DNA of 64,000 nucleotides from Methanobacteriota archaeon (GTDB lineage Archaea; Thermoplasmatota; Thermoplasmata; SG8-5; JAGLSY01): NCBI GenBank assembly GCA_020696385.1, contig JAEHCQ010000004.1, positions 1 to 64,000 of the forward strand, read 5' to 3'. Below, piece after piece: positions 10,000 through 20,833 of this stretch. Positions within the stretch are counted from its first letter, which is position 1. Each line of letters opens with the position of its first letter. The notes below the pieces were generated by a model. It made no database searches. It saw only the letters and a program-made list of their open reading frames with translations, and was not told where the DNA came from. Both the position numbers and the translations under genes were made by a program.

Positions 10000-11079
10000 A
10001 TGAAAACCTCAATAGTTCTTGGTACCAGGCCTGAGATCATAAAGATGGCTCCTATTATTCTGGAATTGCAGAAAAGGAGCATGGATTTTGAGGTGATCCA
10101 TACAGATCAGCACTATGACAAGAATATGTCCAATATATTCTTTGAAGAGCTGGAATTACCCAAGCCGGATATAAATTTGAAGATCGGATCTGGCACCCAG
10201 GCTGAACAGGTTGCAGGAACAATGCTTGGACTTGAAAAACATTTTTTGGACAATATGCCTGATGTGGTTCTGGTCCAGGGTGATACCAATGCGGTTCTTG
10301 GAGGGGCATTGGCAGCCGTGAAGATGGGAATCAAGGTCGGCCATGTCGAAGCTGGCCTGAGAAGTCATGACAATCGAATGCCAGAGGAACATAATAGACG
10401 GTTGACCGATCACATATCCACTCTACTTTTTGCCCCGACACAGAACTCGGCGGACATTCTGAAGAATGAAAATGTATGGGGGGACATCCACATCACAGGA
10501 AATACAGTGATCGATTCATTGATCCGGTATCTTCCAAAGGCAAAAACAGATATCAAGGAAAGATTGGATATCGATAGTTTCATCCTGATGACCGCTCATA
10601 GAGCGGAAAATGTGGATGATCCAATATCATTGGCAGGTCTTGTCACTATCATGGAAAAATGCCCTATGCCAGTTGTTTATCCCATTCATCCCCGAACAAG
10701 GAAGAACCTGGAAAATACCGGGCTTATGAGTCGTATTGACAGCTCGAATAATATTCATTTGATAGAACCAGTAGGATATTTCGAATTCCTTGGAATGGAA
10801 AAGGAATGCTCACTGGTCATATCTGATTCCGGAGGTATACAAGAAGAGGTCACAGCTCCAGGAATAAGAAAACCGATAGTGGTCATCAGAGATTCCACAG
10901 AAAGACCAGAGGCTGTTGATTCTGGATTCGCACAGGTTGTTGGATTAAGCCCCAAAGAGGTACTGGCGGCAGTTGACAAAGCCTTCGCCACTATAGATGA
11001 TCTAGCTGATAGGTCACCGTATGGTGACGGCACAGCTGGAAAACAGATAGTGGATATACTGGCGTCAATCGACATATGA
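10000..11079 (+). CDS. wecB: UDP-N-acetylglucosamine 2-epimerase (non-hydrolysing)
   Basis: GTRPEIIK, VQGDT, HVEAGLRS, PEEHNR, DSGGIQEE, TERPE. Confidence 0.96.
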   Translation: MKTSIVLGTRPEIIKMAPIILELQKRSMDFEVIHTDQHYDKNMSNIFFEELELPKPDINLKIGSGTQAEQVAGTMLGLEKHFLDNMPDVVLVQGDTNAVLGGALAAVKMGIKVGHVEAGLRSHDNRMPEEHNRRLTDHISTLLFAPTQNSADILKNENVWGDIHITGNTVIDSLIRYLPKAKTDIKERLDIDSFILMTAHRAENVDDPISLAGLVTIMEKCPMPVVYPIHPRTRKNLENTGLMSRIDSSNNIHLIEPVGYFEFLGMEKECSLVISDSGGIQEEVTAPGIRKPIVVIRDSTERPEAVDSGFAQVVGLSPKEVLAAVDKAFATIDDLADRSPYGDGTAGKQIVDILASIDI

Positions 11080-11136
11080 ACACGGCAACAGAATTATTAC
11101 AATACATTTATAATATATTAGAAGTTGCATATAAAC

Positions 11137-12264
11137 ATGAGAGTACTAATGCTCCTCTCTAATCCATTCACCCATGACCCCAGGGTCTACAATGAGGCTA
11201 TATCGCTTCACAAGGCAGGTCATGATGTCACAGTTATAGGATGGGATCGAGGTTCACAGCATCCTGAAAAGGAAATAATAGACAATATCCAGGTAGTAAG
11301 AACAAGAAATACTGGCTACATGAGAATATTGCCCTATGACATATTCAGGCTGAGACCATGGTGGCGACAATTATACAAAACAGGTAAGCTACTACATGAA
11401 AAAAATCCCTTCGATGCAGTTCACTGTCATGATCTGGACACGCTCCCAGCAGGTGTCCAACTAAAGAATAAATTGGGCATCGATCTGGTATATGATGCCC
11501 ATGAAATATGGGGCTACATGGTTGCCAGGGACATTCCTCAATGGTGGGCCAATCATTTTCTGAGAAAGGAAAGTAAGCTGGCTCCCCGGGCAGATCATAT
11601 TATCACTGTCGCAGAGCCACATCAGTCCTATTTCAAGAAAATGGGATGTGGCAAGGTCACCCTGGTGCGGAACAGCAAGCCACTGGCCAGTATGGAATAT
11701 CAGCCCCCATCAAATAAAGTGACCACATTGATCTACATAGGCGGTTTGAACAATAGCCGTTTTCTTCTGGAGGCTATTGACATATGCAAAGACCTCGATA
11801 ATATCCATTTCACCATAGCTGGATTTGGCTCTATAGAGTCAGATATCAAGGAATTGGCCAGCAAGATCTCCAATGTGAATTTTCTGGGCAAGATATCCAT
11901 GTCCGAGGTCCTTCCCCTGACACTGAAGGCCGATATCATCCACTGCGTGTTCAACCCATCAAACAAGAATAATCAGATCGGTCCACCCAATAAAGTATTT
12001 GAGGCAATGGCAACAGGCAGGCCAGTATTGGCCACAAAGGATATTTACAGCGGTGATCTGGTTGACAAATATCAAATGGGACAAACTGTTAAATTTGATC
12101 ATGAGGATTATACCAAAGCACTGATAAAGCTCCGTGATGATCCCCAGCTTCGTGAAAAACTTGGAAAGAATGCTTTGGAGGCTGCCAAGGGAGAATTTAA
12201 TTGGGAAGTTCAGGAAGCCAGGCTACTTGACACCTATAATGATCTGGGGGTGAAGAATGGATAA
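11137..12264 (+). CDS. Glycosyltransferase family 4 (paralogue of 7513-8658)
   Basis: DPRVYNEA, HCHDLDTL, YDAHE, PNKVFEAMA.GRP. Confidence 0.92.
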   Translation: MRVLMLLSNPFTHDPRVYNEAISLHKAGHDVTVIGWDRGSQHPEKEIIDNIQVVRTRNTGYMRILPYDIFRLRPWWRQLYKTGKLLHEKNPFDAVHCHDLDTLPAGVQLKNKLGIDLVYDAHEIWGYMVARDIPQWWANHFLRKESKLAPRADHIITVAEPHQSYFKKMGCGKVTLVRNSKPLASMEYQPPSNKVTTLIYIGGLNNSRFLLEAIDICKDLDNIHFTIAGFGSIESDIKELASKISNVNFLGKISMSEVLPLTLKADIIHCVFNPSNKNNQIGPPNKVFEAMATGRPVLATKDIYSGDLVDKYQMGQTVKFDHEDYTKALIKLRDDPQLREKLGKNALEAAKGEFNWEVQEARLLDTYNDLGVKNG

Positions 12265-13417
12265 AGCTCTTGAAAAACTGGATTCCTGGATAAGGCAAAA
12301 TGGCTGGGCTGGCTACGATCCCTATGACATAAAAGGACAACAACCTTTTCTGCTTTTCTCCAAATCAAAGTATTTGGGCTTTGCCAGTGAGAAGATGCTT
12401 GGCAGATTTCCTATGGGAATGCGCAAGCTATTTCGTGTAAAAAAGGAAATCAATGCAAAGGCAATGGCTCTTATGGCCAGGGCTTATTTGCGAATGTTTA
12501 AAAATTCCGGAGATATACTCTACAAAAAATTGGCTGTAGAATGCCTGGATTGGCTTGATAAAAATAGCTCACCAGGCCACTCTGGAAAATGCTGGGGATA
12601 TCCATTTGATTGGCAGTCCAGGGTGTTCATTCCTAAATACACACCATCAATAGTTGTTTCATCCATCGGGGCACATGCGTTTTTAGATGCCTACGAGATA
12701 CTCGGAGACAAGGATTATCTTGACATCGCTCGAAGCACATGTGACTTCATAATGAATGACCTGAACAGGGATGAAGATGATAATTCATTATGTTTCAGTT
12801 ACACTCCGGCGGACGATTTTCATGTACATAATGCCAATTTGTTCGGCGCATCTGTCCTTGCCAGAGTATATGCAATTACTCAGGAAAATGCATTGAAAAC
12901 TCTGGCGATCAAGAGCATTAACTTCACAATGAGCCTTCAGAACAATGATGGTTCATTCTATTACTGGGCACCACCCGACAAGCTTTTCAAACTTGTTGAT
13001 AATTACCATACTGGCTTTGTTCTTGAATGTCTGAATGTTTGTAGGAGAGCATTAGGTTCAGATTTTAATTATAATATGGAGCTAAAAAAAGGTCTGGATT
13101 TCTATGCCAAGAAGCTTTTTACAGATTCTGGCGAGGCTGTAATATCTACTGAAAATAAATATCCGATCAATATTCACAGTTGCGCCCAGGGTATTATCAC
13201 ATTCATCGAACTAGCTGATTTTGATGCAACTAATAAGGAAATATCTTCAAAGGTTGCAAAATGGACAGTGAAGAATATGCAGGATGAATCCGGGTACTTC
13301 TATCACCTGATAAATGGAAAAGGTTATGTAGATAGAATGCCGTATATCAGATGGGGTCAGGCCTGGATGTTATTGGCATTATCCTATATCACTGTGAATC
13401 AGGAGGCAGAAAAATGA
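12257..13417 (+). CDS. Polysaccharide-locus protein, probable (alpha/alpha)6 barrel
   Basis: GYDPYD, WGYPFDWQSR, FSYTP..VHNAN, DNYHTGF, Y.RW.QAW motifs of an uncharacterised family seen in capsule loci. Confidence 0.6.
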   Translation: MDKALEKLDSWIRQNGWAGYDPYDIKGQQPFLLFSKSKYLGFASEKMLGRFPMGMRKLFRVKKEINAKAMALMARAYLRMFKNSGDILYKKLAVECLDWLDKNSSPGHSGKCWGYPFDWQSRVFIPKYTPSIVVSSIGAHAFLDAYEILGDKDYLDIARSTCDFIMNDLNRDEDDNSLCFSYTPADDFHVHNANLFGASVLARVYAITQENALKTLAIKSINFTMSLQNNDGSFYYWAPPDKLFKLVDNYHTGFVLECLNVCRRALGSDFNYNMELKKGLDFYAKKLFTDSGEAVISTENKYPINIHSCAQGIITFIELADFDATNKEISSKVAKWTVKNMQDESGYFYHLINGKGYVDRMPYIRWGQAWMLLALSYITVNQEAEK

Positions 13418-15549
13418 AGCAGGTTTTCAACATAAGTGGAGATGTCATCATAGATGAGGTTCCTGCACCCACAGTCAGACCAGGCAGAATTATTGTAGCT
13501 AATCTTTTTTCAGTCATAAGTCTAGGTACAGAATCTCAGAATCTGAAAAATGTATCTGGCAGTGTTATTTCCAAGGCCCTGAATAACCCGGAACTTATAA
13601 GAACGGCAATTGACAAGGTTAAAGAGGATGGCCTGAAAAAGACAATTGACATAGTCAAGGACGAGGGCAAGAAGCTTCTTCCAATGGGCTATTCCAGTTC
13701 TGGAATCATCATAGCCAAAGGGGAAAATGTCCATGGCTTTGAAGTAGGAGATCTGGTGGCATGTGCGGGAGATGCTTATCACGCTGAAATTGTAAGTATC
13801 CCTGTCAATATGGCTGTTAAGATTCCAGAGAATGTTTTACCAGAATATGCCGCTTTCATGACATTAGGTTCAATAGCTCTTCAGGGAGTTCGGCGTTCGG
13901 AAGCTCATTTGGGAAGTGTTGTAGCTGTCATTGGCTTGGGTCTTATCGGACAACTATCTGTGCAGATCTTGAAATCCGCCGGATGCCAGGTTATTGCAGT
14001 GGATATTGATGATTCCCGTGTGCAATTGGCTAAAGATACTGGTGCACATCTAGCCCTCAAGGTCGAAGAGGGCTATGTTGACAAGATCAAGCATTTCTCA
14101 GATGGTCATGGAGTTGATGCTGTCCTGATATGTGCGGCAACCAGCAGCCAGGCACCTGTGGACGATGCCTTGAAAATGACTCGCCGAAAAGGGAAAATCG
14201 TTGTTGTTGGGGCGGTTCCAATGAATATAGACAGAAAATTGTTCTACCAGAAAGAATTAGATTTCCTTATTTCCACTTCATACGGCCCTGGCAGGTACGA
14301 CCCCTCATACGAGGAAAATGGTCTTGATTATCCAATTGGCTATGTCAGATGGACACAGAATCGTAACATGGCAGAATTCCTACGACTGATTTCACATGGC
14401 CAGGTAAATTTAAAAACATTAATTTCAAAGATCTTTCCAGTAGAGAAGGCATCAGATGCCTATGCCTATGCAAGAGATCCTGTAGAAAAGGCAATGGGCA
14501 TTCTTTTCAGGTATCAGAATGCTGAGAAACTGAAGCCTGTTTCTGAGATCGTGAAAATAACTGGCTCAGGGAAAAAAAAGGGCCTGAATGTTGGCCTTCT
14601 GGGAGCTGGAAACTTCGCCAGATCATACCACTTACCTAATCTGGCTTCAATGCCAGATGTCTATATCAGGGCAATAGCTAGCAATAAAGGTTTTAACTCA
14701 AAGCAACTGGGGCAGAAGTATGGCGCGGCATATTGTACAACTGATTATGACAAACTAATTGCAGACAAGGATATTGACATGATCGTAATTGCCACTCGAC
14801 ATGATCTTCATGCACCATTTGCCGTCAAGGCCATTCAATCAGGTAAAGCAGTTTTCACAGAAAAACCAATGGCCATGAACCAGGAAGAATGTGATTCAAT
14901 AACTAAAGCACTGGCATCAAAAAAAGTTCCATTTGCTGTTGGATTCAATCGTCGATTTTCACCTCTTTCAGTGAAAATGAAGGAACATCTGGCTAAGGGA
15001 AAACCAATCACGATCAACTACACAGTGAATGCAGGAAAACTACCAAAGGATCACTGGGTCCACGACCCAGTCCAGGGTGGTGGAAGGCTCATAGGTGAAG
15101 CTTGCCATTTCTTTGATTTTTTCTGTTGGCTTACAGGAAGCAAGCCAGTATCTGTTTTTACCCATTCTGTTTCCGGTGGCCCAGATGAACCTTCAGATAA
15201 CAATTTTGTTTCAACTGTCAAGTTCCAGGACGGATCTGTCGGAAATTTAACATACTCAAGCGAGGGCCATTCTTCCCATCCAAAGGAAATCATCACTGTT
15301 TTCAGCGGTGGTAAAGTACTGGTGCTCAAGGATTTCATATCCCTTGATGTTTCTGGCCCCAAGTCCGAGAACCACAAGCTCAAGAAAATGGACAAGGGAT
15401 TTCATGCCTGCCTTGAGGATTTTATTCTATCGGTGAATGGAAAGAAATCACCTTCTAGTTATGAATCTTACTTGTGGCCGACCATGTGTTCGTTCAAAGC
15501 GATCGAGAGTATGAGAACTGGCAACCTGGTTGAATTTGATGAGTTATAG
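13414..15549 (+). CDS. Bi-domain oxidoreductase (MDR dehydrogenase + Gfo/Idh/MocA)
   Basis: S.GTE, GLGLIG, SYGPGRYD..YE..G.DYP.GYVRWT..RN, then GAGNFA, EKP, GFNRRF, GEACHF. Confidence 0.88.
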   Translation: MKQVFNISGDVIIDEVPAPTVRPGRIIVANLFSVISLGTESQNLKNVSGSVISKALNNPELIRTAIDKVKEDGLKKTIDIVKDEGKKLLPMGYSSSGIIIAKGENVHGFEVGDLVACAGDAYHAEIVSIPVNMAVKIPENVLPEYAAFMTLGSIALQGVRRSEAHLGSVVAVIGLGLIGQLSVQILKSAGCQVIAVDIDDSRVQLAKDTGAHLALKVEEGYVDKIKHFSDGHGVDAVLICAATSSQAPVDDALKMTRRKGKIVVVGAVPMNIDRKLFYQKELDFLISTSYGPGRYDPSYEENGLDYPIGYVRWTQNRNMAEFLRLISHGQVNLKTLISKIFPVEKASDAYAYARDPVEKAMGILFRYQNAEKLKPVSEIVKITGSGKKKGLNVGLLGAGNFARSYHLPNLASMPDVYIRAIASNKGFNSKQLGQKYGAAYCTTDYDKLIADKDIDMIVIATRHDLHAPFAVKAIQSGKAVFTEKPMAMNQEECDSITKALASKKVPFAVGFNRRFSPLSVKMKEHLAKGKPITINYTVNAGKLPKDHWVHDPVQGGGRLIGEACHFFDFFCWLTGSKPVSVFTHSVSGGPDEPSDNNFVSTVKFQDGSVGNLTYSSEGHSSHPKEIITVFSGGKVLVLKDFISLDVSGPKSENHKLKKMDKGFHACLEDFILSVNGKKSPSSYESYLWPTMCSFKAIESMRTGNLVEFDEL

Positions 15550-15674
15550 TTTATGGTAAATGAAGAGTTTCAATGTATCGGGTCGTAATTTAATTTGTGT
15601 TTTATTCCAAAAGTTAAATGTATTGTTGATGGATTTGGGTCAGTTCAATAAACAGAGAAATTAGGAGCATTAGA

Positions 15675-16793
15675 ATGAAAATATGCTATATTGGCAATGG
15701 AAGATCAATTCATACAATCAGATGGGTAAAGTGGTTTAAGGAACAGGGACATGACGTGCATTTGATCACACGTAAATGTGAATCGATCGAGGGAATATCG
15801 ATACATATTATCCAAATTGACAAGGGATTTTATATACCTCGTTTGAGATTAATCAGAGCAGTAAAGAAAATTATAAAGGATATCGAACCAGACATATTGC
15901 ATGCCCATCAAGCATTGGGATATGCAACGTATGGTGCATTATCTGGATTTCACCCATTTGTTGTAAGTGTTTGGGGAGGAGAAGTATTGAGAAAGACTCA
16001 AGGTTTTTTCATTAAGAAATTAATAACAAAATTCATATTTAAGAAGGCCGACATGATAACAACCACTGCCAAATTTTTGGGCAAGTATTTGGAAAAGGAA
16101 TATGGATTGCCAAAAGATAAAATTAAAAGGATTCCATGGGGAATAGACTTAGAGATTTTTCATTCTAAATACAGAGAAGAAGCAAAGAAACTTAGAGAAA
16201 ATTTGAAAATAAGAGACGATTCTTTAGTCATTATAAGCAATAGGCAATTGCGTCCTGAATATGAAATTCAAACCACAGTGGAGGCAATTCCATATGTTAC
16301 TGAAAAATACCCAGATTCAATATTTATATTCATAAAAAGTTTAAAAGGTTATGAAGACCTTGATTTTGAGAAATCAATGAAATCAAGAGTTAATGAATTG
16401 GGCGTGGCCAAGAACACCATATTTCTGACAAATGATATTTCGTCAGACGAAATGGCTATTTTTCTAAACATGTCTGATATATTTATTTCAATACCAAAAA
16501 CAGACCAGTTCAGTGCTAGTGTGATGGAAGGAATGGCATGCGGCCCTGCTCCAATTGTAAGTGATATAGATGTATATAAACAGTACTTGAAAGATTATTC
16601 CAATGCTTTGTTCGTTAATCCAGATAGCCCGAAAGAATTAGCAGATAAAATATTTTATTACGCAGAGAATGAACAACTAAAAGAGAATTATCATAAAATA
16701 AATAAAAAAATAATAGAGGAAAAAGAAAGTTGGGATATAAATGCAAAAAAGATGGAAAACTTGTATATAGATATTATAGGAGATATAACATGA
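15675..16793 (+). CDS. Glycosyltransferase family 4
   Basis: SIHTIRW, PDILHAH, SVMEGMACG. Confidence 0.88.
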   Translation: MKICYIGNGRSIHTIRWVKWFKEQGHDVHLITRKCESIEGISIHIIQIDKGFYIPRLRLIRAVKKIIKDIEPDILHAHQALGYATYGALSGFHPFVVSVWGGEVLRKTQGFFIKKLITKFIFKKADMITTTAKFLGKYLEKEYGLPKDKIKRIPWGIDLEIFHSKYREEAKKLRENLKIRDDSLVIISNRQLRPEYEIQTTVEAIPYVTEKYPDSIFIFIKSLKGYEDLDFEKSMKSRVNELGVAKNTIFLTNDISSDEMAIFLNMSDIFISIPKTDQFSASVMEGMACGPAPIVSDIDVYKQYLKDYSNALFVNPDSPKELADKIFYYAENEQLKENYHKINKKIIEEKESWDINAKKMENLYIDIIGDIT

Positions 16794-17932
16794 AATGGAA
16801 TATACCATTGTTTAAGATATTTTCAGATGAACAGGACTATGATCTAATTCATCAAGTTATCAAGAGAGGTTCATATTGGACTACCGGTCCAGAGGTTGAA
16901 AAGTTCGAGCAAGAGGTTGCAAAATATGTCGGTCTGAAATATGCTGTCTCATTCACTAATGGAACCGCAGCCCTACATGCAGCCATGTTGGCTTATGGAA
17001 TTGGAAAGGATGATGAAGTCATTGTTCCTTCGTTCACATTTATAAGTACAGCAAATGTCCCACTGTTTGTGGGCGCTAAGCCGGTTTTTGCAGAAATTGA
17101 TACTGAAACATATGGGCTAGACCCAGAGGATGTAGAAAAACGCATAACTTCCAAGACAAAAGCAATAATGCCAGTCCATGTTGGGGGAGCCCCATGTTTA
17201 ATAGAGGAATTGAAAGAAATTGCTGAAAAACATGATTTATTATTAATAGAAGATGCAGCTGAAGCATTTGGTGCGAAGGTTCATGGAAAAATGGTAGGTA
17301 CCCACGGAGACATCGCAATGTACAGTTTCTGTCAGAACAAAATAATCACAACTGGGGAAGGAGGCATGCTAGTCACAGATGACAAGGACATATACAATCA
17401 ACTTAAACTCCTCCGCTCACATGGGCGTGCAGATGATGCGGATTATTTTTCTAAATCAGAGACAAATGACTATATTTCGCTGGGCTACAATTTTAGAATG
17501 TCAAGTATAACCGCAGCACTTGGCCTTGCACAAATGAGCAAGGTTGATAAAATCATAGAAATGCGAAGGAATGTCGCTCAACAATACAACAAAAATCTGG
17601 GTGGCATTTCCCAAATAACATTACCAATTGAAAGGCCAGGTTGTTTCAATGTATATCAATTATACACCATAATGTTAGAAAGTCAAGAGATTAGAGATAA
17701 ATTAAAGTCAGCATTGACCAAAGATAAAATAATGACAAAGGTGTATTTTGATCCCATCCATCTCATGAAACACTATCAAAACATGGGATATACAATTGGT
17801 GAACTACCTCAAACAGAAGATATTGCAAAACGTGTTCTCACTCTTCCCTTGTATCCTGAAATGAATGAAGAAGAAGTATCATATGTAACTAAAAGTATCC
17901 GGAATCCCATAAACAAAATAAGTGAGGGTTAA
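16790..17932 (+). CDS. DegT/DnrJ/EryC1/StrS sugar aminotransferase
   Basis: NGTAALH, EDAAEA.G, SF..NKIITTGEGGM, GYNFRM. Confidence 0.95.
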   Translation: MKWNIPLFKIFSDEQDYDLIHQVIKRGSYWTTGPEVEKFEQEVAKYVGLKYAVSFTNGTAALHAAMLAYGIGKDDEVIVPSFTFISTANVPLFVGAKPVFAEIDTETYGLDPEDVEKRITSKTKAIMPVHVGGAPCLIEELKEIAEKHDLLLIEDAAEAFGAKVHGKMVGTHGDIAMYSFCQNKIITTGEGGMLVTDDKDIYNQLKLLRSHGRADDADYFSKSETNDYISLGYNFRMSSITAALGLAQMSKVDKIIEMRRNVAQQYNKNLGGISQITLPIERPGCFNVYQLYTIMLESQEIRDKLKSALTKDKIMTKVYFDPIHLMKHYQNMGYTIGELPQTEDIAKRVLTLPLYPEMNEEEVSYVTKSIRNPINKISEG

Positions 17933-17934
17933 AA

Positions 17935-18963
17935 ATGACTTCAATTATTGGAAAAAATGTATTGGTGACTGGCGGAACTGGCTCAATAGGCGGAGCCATA
18001 GTTCGTAATGCTTTGGCAAATGGTGCCAATAAGGTAATAATGTTCAGTAGAGATGAAATAAAGCAATTTCTTACTAAGCAACGCATTTCAGACCCAAAGC
18101 TGATTTCTTTTGTCGGGGACATAAGAGATTTGGAAAGCATAAGAAAGGTATTCGAGGAACACCATATAGATATTGTATTTCATGCCGCTGCAATGAAACA
18201 TTTAGTTGTATGTGAAGATGAGCCAGCTGAATGTGTTAAAACCAATCTCATAGGAACTGATAACCTTATACGTTTATGTAAGCAATACAAGGTGGAGCAT
18301 GTTATTGGAATAAGCACAGATAAAGCGTCTTCACCAGCAAATGTTATGGGCGCTTCCAAATACATAGCAGAAAGAATGATTCTAAATGCAGTAAAAACAG
18401 GAGATGGAATTTATTCATGTGTCAGATTTGGCAATGTAGCTAATTCACGAGGTTCTGTAATCCCATTAATGGTCAGGCGAATACTTGATGGAAAGTATAT
18501 TTGGGTATCAGATCCAAATGTAACCAGGTTCATTATGCGGATAGATGATGCTGTGGAACTTGTAATGAAAACCCTGGAAATTGCACATGGTGGAGAGCTA
18601 TACATCCTGAAGATGAAGGCTTTCAAGCTGGGAGATCTTGGAGAAGTGATGAAAGAACGTATCGGACCAAAAATGGTTAAAAAACCAGTTGAACTAAAAT
18701 ATACTGAATTGGTTCGTGGAGAAAAACTCCATGAAGAACTTCTTAATGAGATGGATTGCATAAATCTATATGAAAACGAGGAAATGTATCTTATAGCTCC
18801 TAATACAAAAAGCATGAAAGATGTAATTCAAGATTATCCTAGCTTTAAAAAATCAGCAACAGAAACATACACATCTGAAAATACAGAAATGATGTCAAAA
18901 GATCAATTAGAAACCATAGCTCTTGAGTATCTAAAGGACGAATTTGGATTTATTGGAGAATAA
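17935..18963 (+). CDS. UDP-GlcNAc 4,6-dehydratase-like SDR (CapD/PglF/CapE type, soluble)
   Basis: GGTGSIG, HAAAMKH, STDKA, MGASK, RFGNV..SRGSV, GEKLHEEL. Confidence 0.9.
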   Translation: MTSIIGKNVLVTGGTGSIGGAIVRNALANGANKVIMFSRDEIKQFLTKQRISDPKLISFVGDIRDLESIRKVFEEHHIDIVFHAAAMKHLVVCEDEPAECVKTNLIGTDNLIRLCKQYKVEHVIGISTDKASSPANVMGASKYIAERMILNAVKTGDGIYSCVRFGNVANSRGSVIPLMVRRILDGKYIWVSDPNVTRFIMRIDDAVELVMKTLEIAHGGELYILKMKAFKLGDLGEVMKERIGPKMVKKPVELKYTELVRGEKLHEELLNEMDCINLYENEEMYLIAPNTKSMKDVIQDYPSFKKSATETYTSENTEMMSKDQLETIALEYLKDEFGFIGE

Positions 18964-18976
18964 AAATGGCAGTTAG

Positions 18977-19045
18977 ATGAGGAAAAATCGTTACAGTAGG
19001 TGTAGATGCCTTGGACCAGAAGTTCTAGGAACATTCAAAAACGAC
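18977..19045 (+). pseudogene. Possible frameshifted 5' remnant of an alkaline-phosphatase-superfamily gene
   Basis: Across two frameshifts reads MRK/IVTVGVDALD/PEVLGTFKND, like the KVxVIGxDALDP N-terminus of that family. Confidence 0.3.
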
Positions 19046-19071
19046 AATAAATTGATAATGACTTTCCACAC

Positions 19072-19881
19072 TCATATAGAATTTTCATACTCTTTTATTT
19101 CTTCTTCAGTAAGGTTCCGTATAACTCTGGCGGGGCTGCCGTAAGCAAGGGAATGTTTCGGGATGTTCTTGGTCACTACAGAGGCCGCTCCAATTAAAGA
19201 ATACTTGCCGACAGTGACATCTGGCAAGATCATACTGTTGATACCAACTCTTACAAAATCTTCAATAGTAGGTCCCGATAAGTCATCTTTCACATTGCGA
19301 TTCATATTTTTGTTATCTGATAATATACTATGAGCTCCTAAGAACACACCATTGCCTATTCTCGATGCTTGACCAATATCACAATTTTGATGTATCTGCG
19401 AATTTTTTCCAACAATGCAGTATCCGTCAATAACAGCACCAGTTCCTATTAAGCAATTATCTCCCAAAGTAGTATGCTCTCTTATCAATACATGATGGCC
19501 AGTGATCAATCTCCCAGCGATCACATTGGAATATATTATAGAATGAGATCTAACTATCGATCCCTTTCCTATAATTGTTTTAGGTTCGTGAACAATGAAT
19601 TTCTCTATTCTGCTTGAATTGTATGAATCATCTCCACCCAAGGTCAATTTGGTCGCATGACCCAGTGTTACATACGAGCCTATTCTCGCATTCTCCATAA
19701 TGACCACGCCTGGTAAGATAGTGGTGTAATCCTGAATAACCACATCATTACCTATTTTTGTTTCCTGATTCTCTGTACCATGGATCAGGCAGTAATTTCC
19801 TATTGTGACATTGTTCGATATGGTAACATTGCCCTTTATAATTGTTCCTTCACCTATTTCAGCATTTATTTCTTGGTTCAT
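19072..19881 (-). CDS. Hexapeptide-repeat (left-handed beta-helix) N-acetyltransferase
   Basis: Extended I-G-x-x-x-x repeats, IGAASVVTKNIP...YGSPA. Confidence 0.88.
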   Translation of the reverse strand: MNQEINAEIGEGTIIKGNVTISNNVTIGNYCLIHGTENQETKIGNDVVIQDYTTILPGVVIMENARIGSYVTLGHATKLTLGGDDSYNSSRIEKFIVHEPKTIIGKGSIVRSHSIIYSNVIAGRLITGHHVLIREHTTLGDNCLIGTGAVIDGYCIVGKNSQIHQNCDIGQASRIGNGVFLGAHSILSDNKNMNRNVKDDLSGPTIEDFVRVGINSMILPDVTVGKYSLIGAASVVTKNIPKHSLAYGSPARVIRNLTEEEIKEYENSI

Positions 19882-20120
19882 AATATTCTCTCTCCTCTCC
19901 AATAGTATATAATTATATTAATGCTTTCGGACTCCTCAGGTGTTCTGAATCTGTCATGTCTAAAAGGAAACATTTAAAATCCAGGTATATATCCAAAGGG
20001 ATGATGCCGGTCAAGGGAGATCAAGTGGATATTGTAGAGTCAGTACAGGTTGATTCAAAGGCTGATATTAATGCTTCGCACACTATACTGGATCATTTTA
20101 GGAAATTGGAGAGATAACAT

Positions 20121-20771
20121 ATGGCAATCTTATTTAAATCAATGAATCTTTTTGTAAAAGCTTATTTGTTTTTGAAAAGGAAAATGTTAATGTCAAATAT
20201 AAAAAAGGTAGGTGAAAATTTTTTATTCGACCCTAGATCTGATATTATAACTCCGCAGCATTTAGAAATTGGCGATAATGTATTTATTGGAAATAATGCT
20301 TATATTTCAGCTGAAGTATCTATTGGTAACAATGTCATAACAGGTCCGTCATTAACAATTATAGGTGGCAATCATTATTTTGCCGTGAAAGGGAAATATC
20401 ATAGGTTTCTACACCCTAAGGATAGAGAAAATGCAAAGAAAATCAATATAGAAGATGATGTTTGGCTCGGGGCAAATGTAACACTGCTCAATGGTGTTAC
20501 CGTTGGTGTAGGAAGTGTGATCGGAGCCTGTTCTGTTGTTGTAAAATCATTACCGCCATTTACCGTTTGTGTAGGGAATATATGCAAGCCAATAAAAAAA
20601 ATATTCTCAGATGAAGATCTTAAAGAACATTTACAAATATTAGGATTTAAACGGGATCACATTGATAAGCTTATTGACAGAAGAAACTTGGAGTTAACAA
20701 CTTGGGGCATTCAAAATATAAAGAGTGTGAATTACACAAATAATTATTGGGAAACTCTAGAAGAGAAATGA
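20121..20771 (+). CDS. Hexapeptide-repeat O-acyltransferase
   Basis: IGDNVFIG, GGNH, IEDDVWLGANV..GV.VG.GSVIGA.SVV. Confidence 0.88.
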   Translation: MAILFKSMNLFVKAYLFLKRKMLMSNIKKVGENFLFDPRSDIITPQHLEIGDNVFIGNNAYISAEVSIGNNVITGPSLTIIGGNHYFAVKGKYHRFLHPKDRENAKKINIEDDVWLGANVTLLNGVTVGVGSVIGACSVVVKSLPPFTVCVGNICKPIKKIFSDEDLKEHLQILGFKRDHIDKLIDRRNLELTTWGIQNIKSVNYTNNYWETLEEK

Positions 20772-20833
20772 ATTTGTCACTATCGTTCTTAGCTTAGCAA
20801 TACCACCTTATATGTTATTACAAAAACCATATC

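Noticed and set aside
12257-13417. Delta-aminolevulinate dehydratase (a label often given to this family)
   Set aside because: No HemB motifs; the context is a glycan locus.
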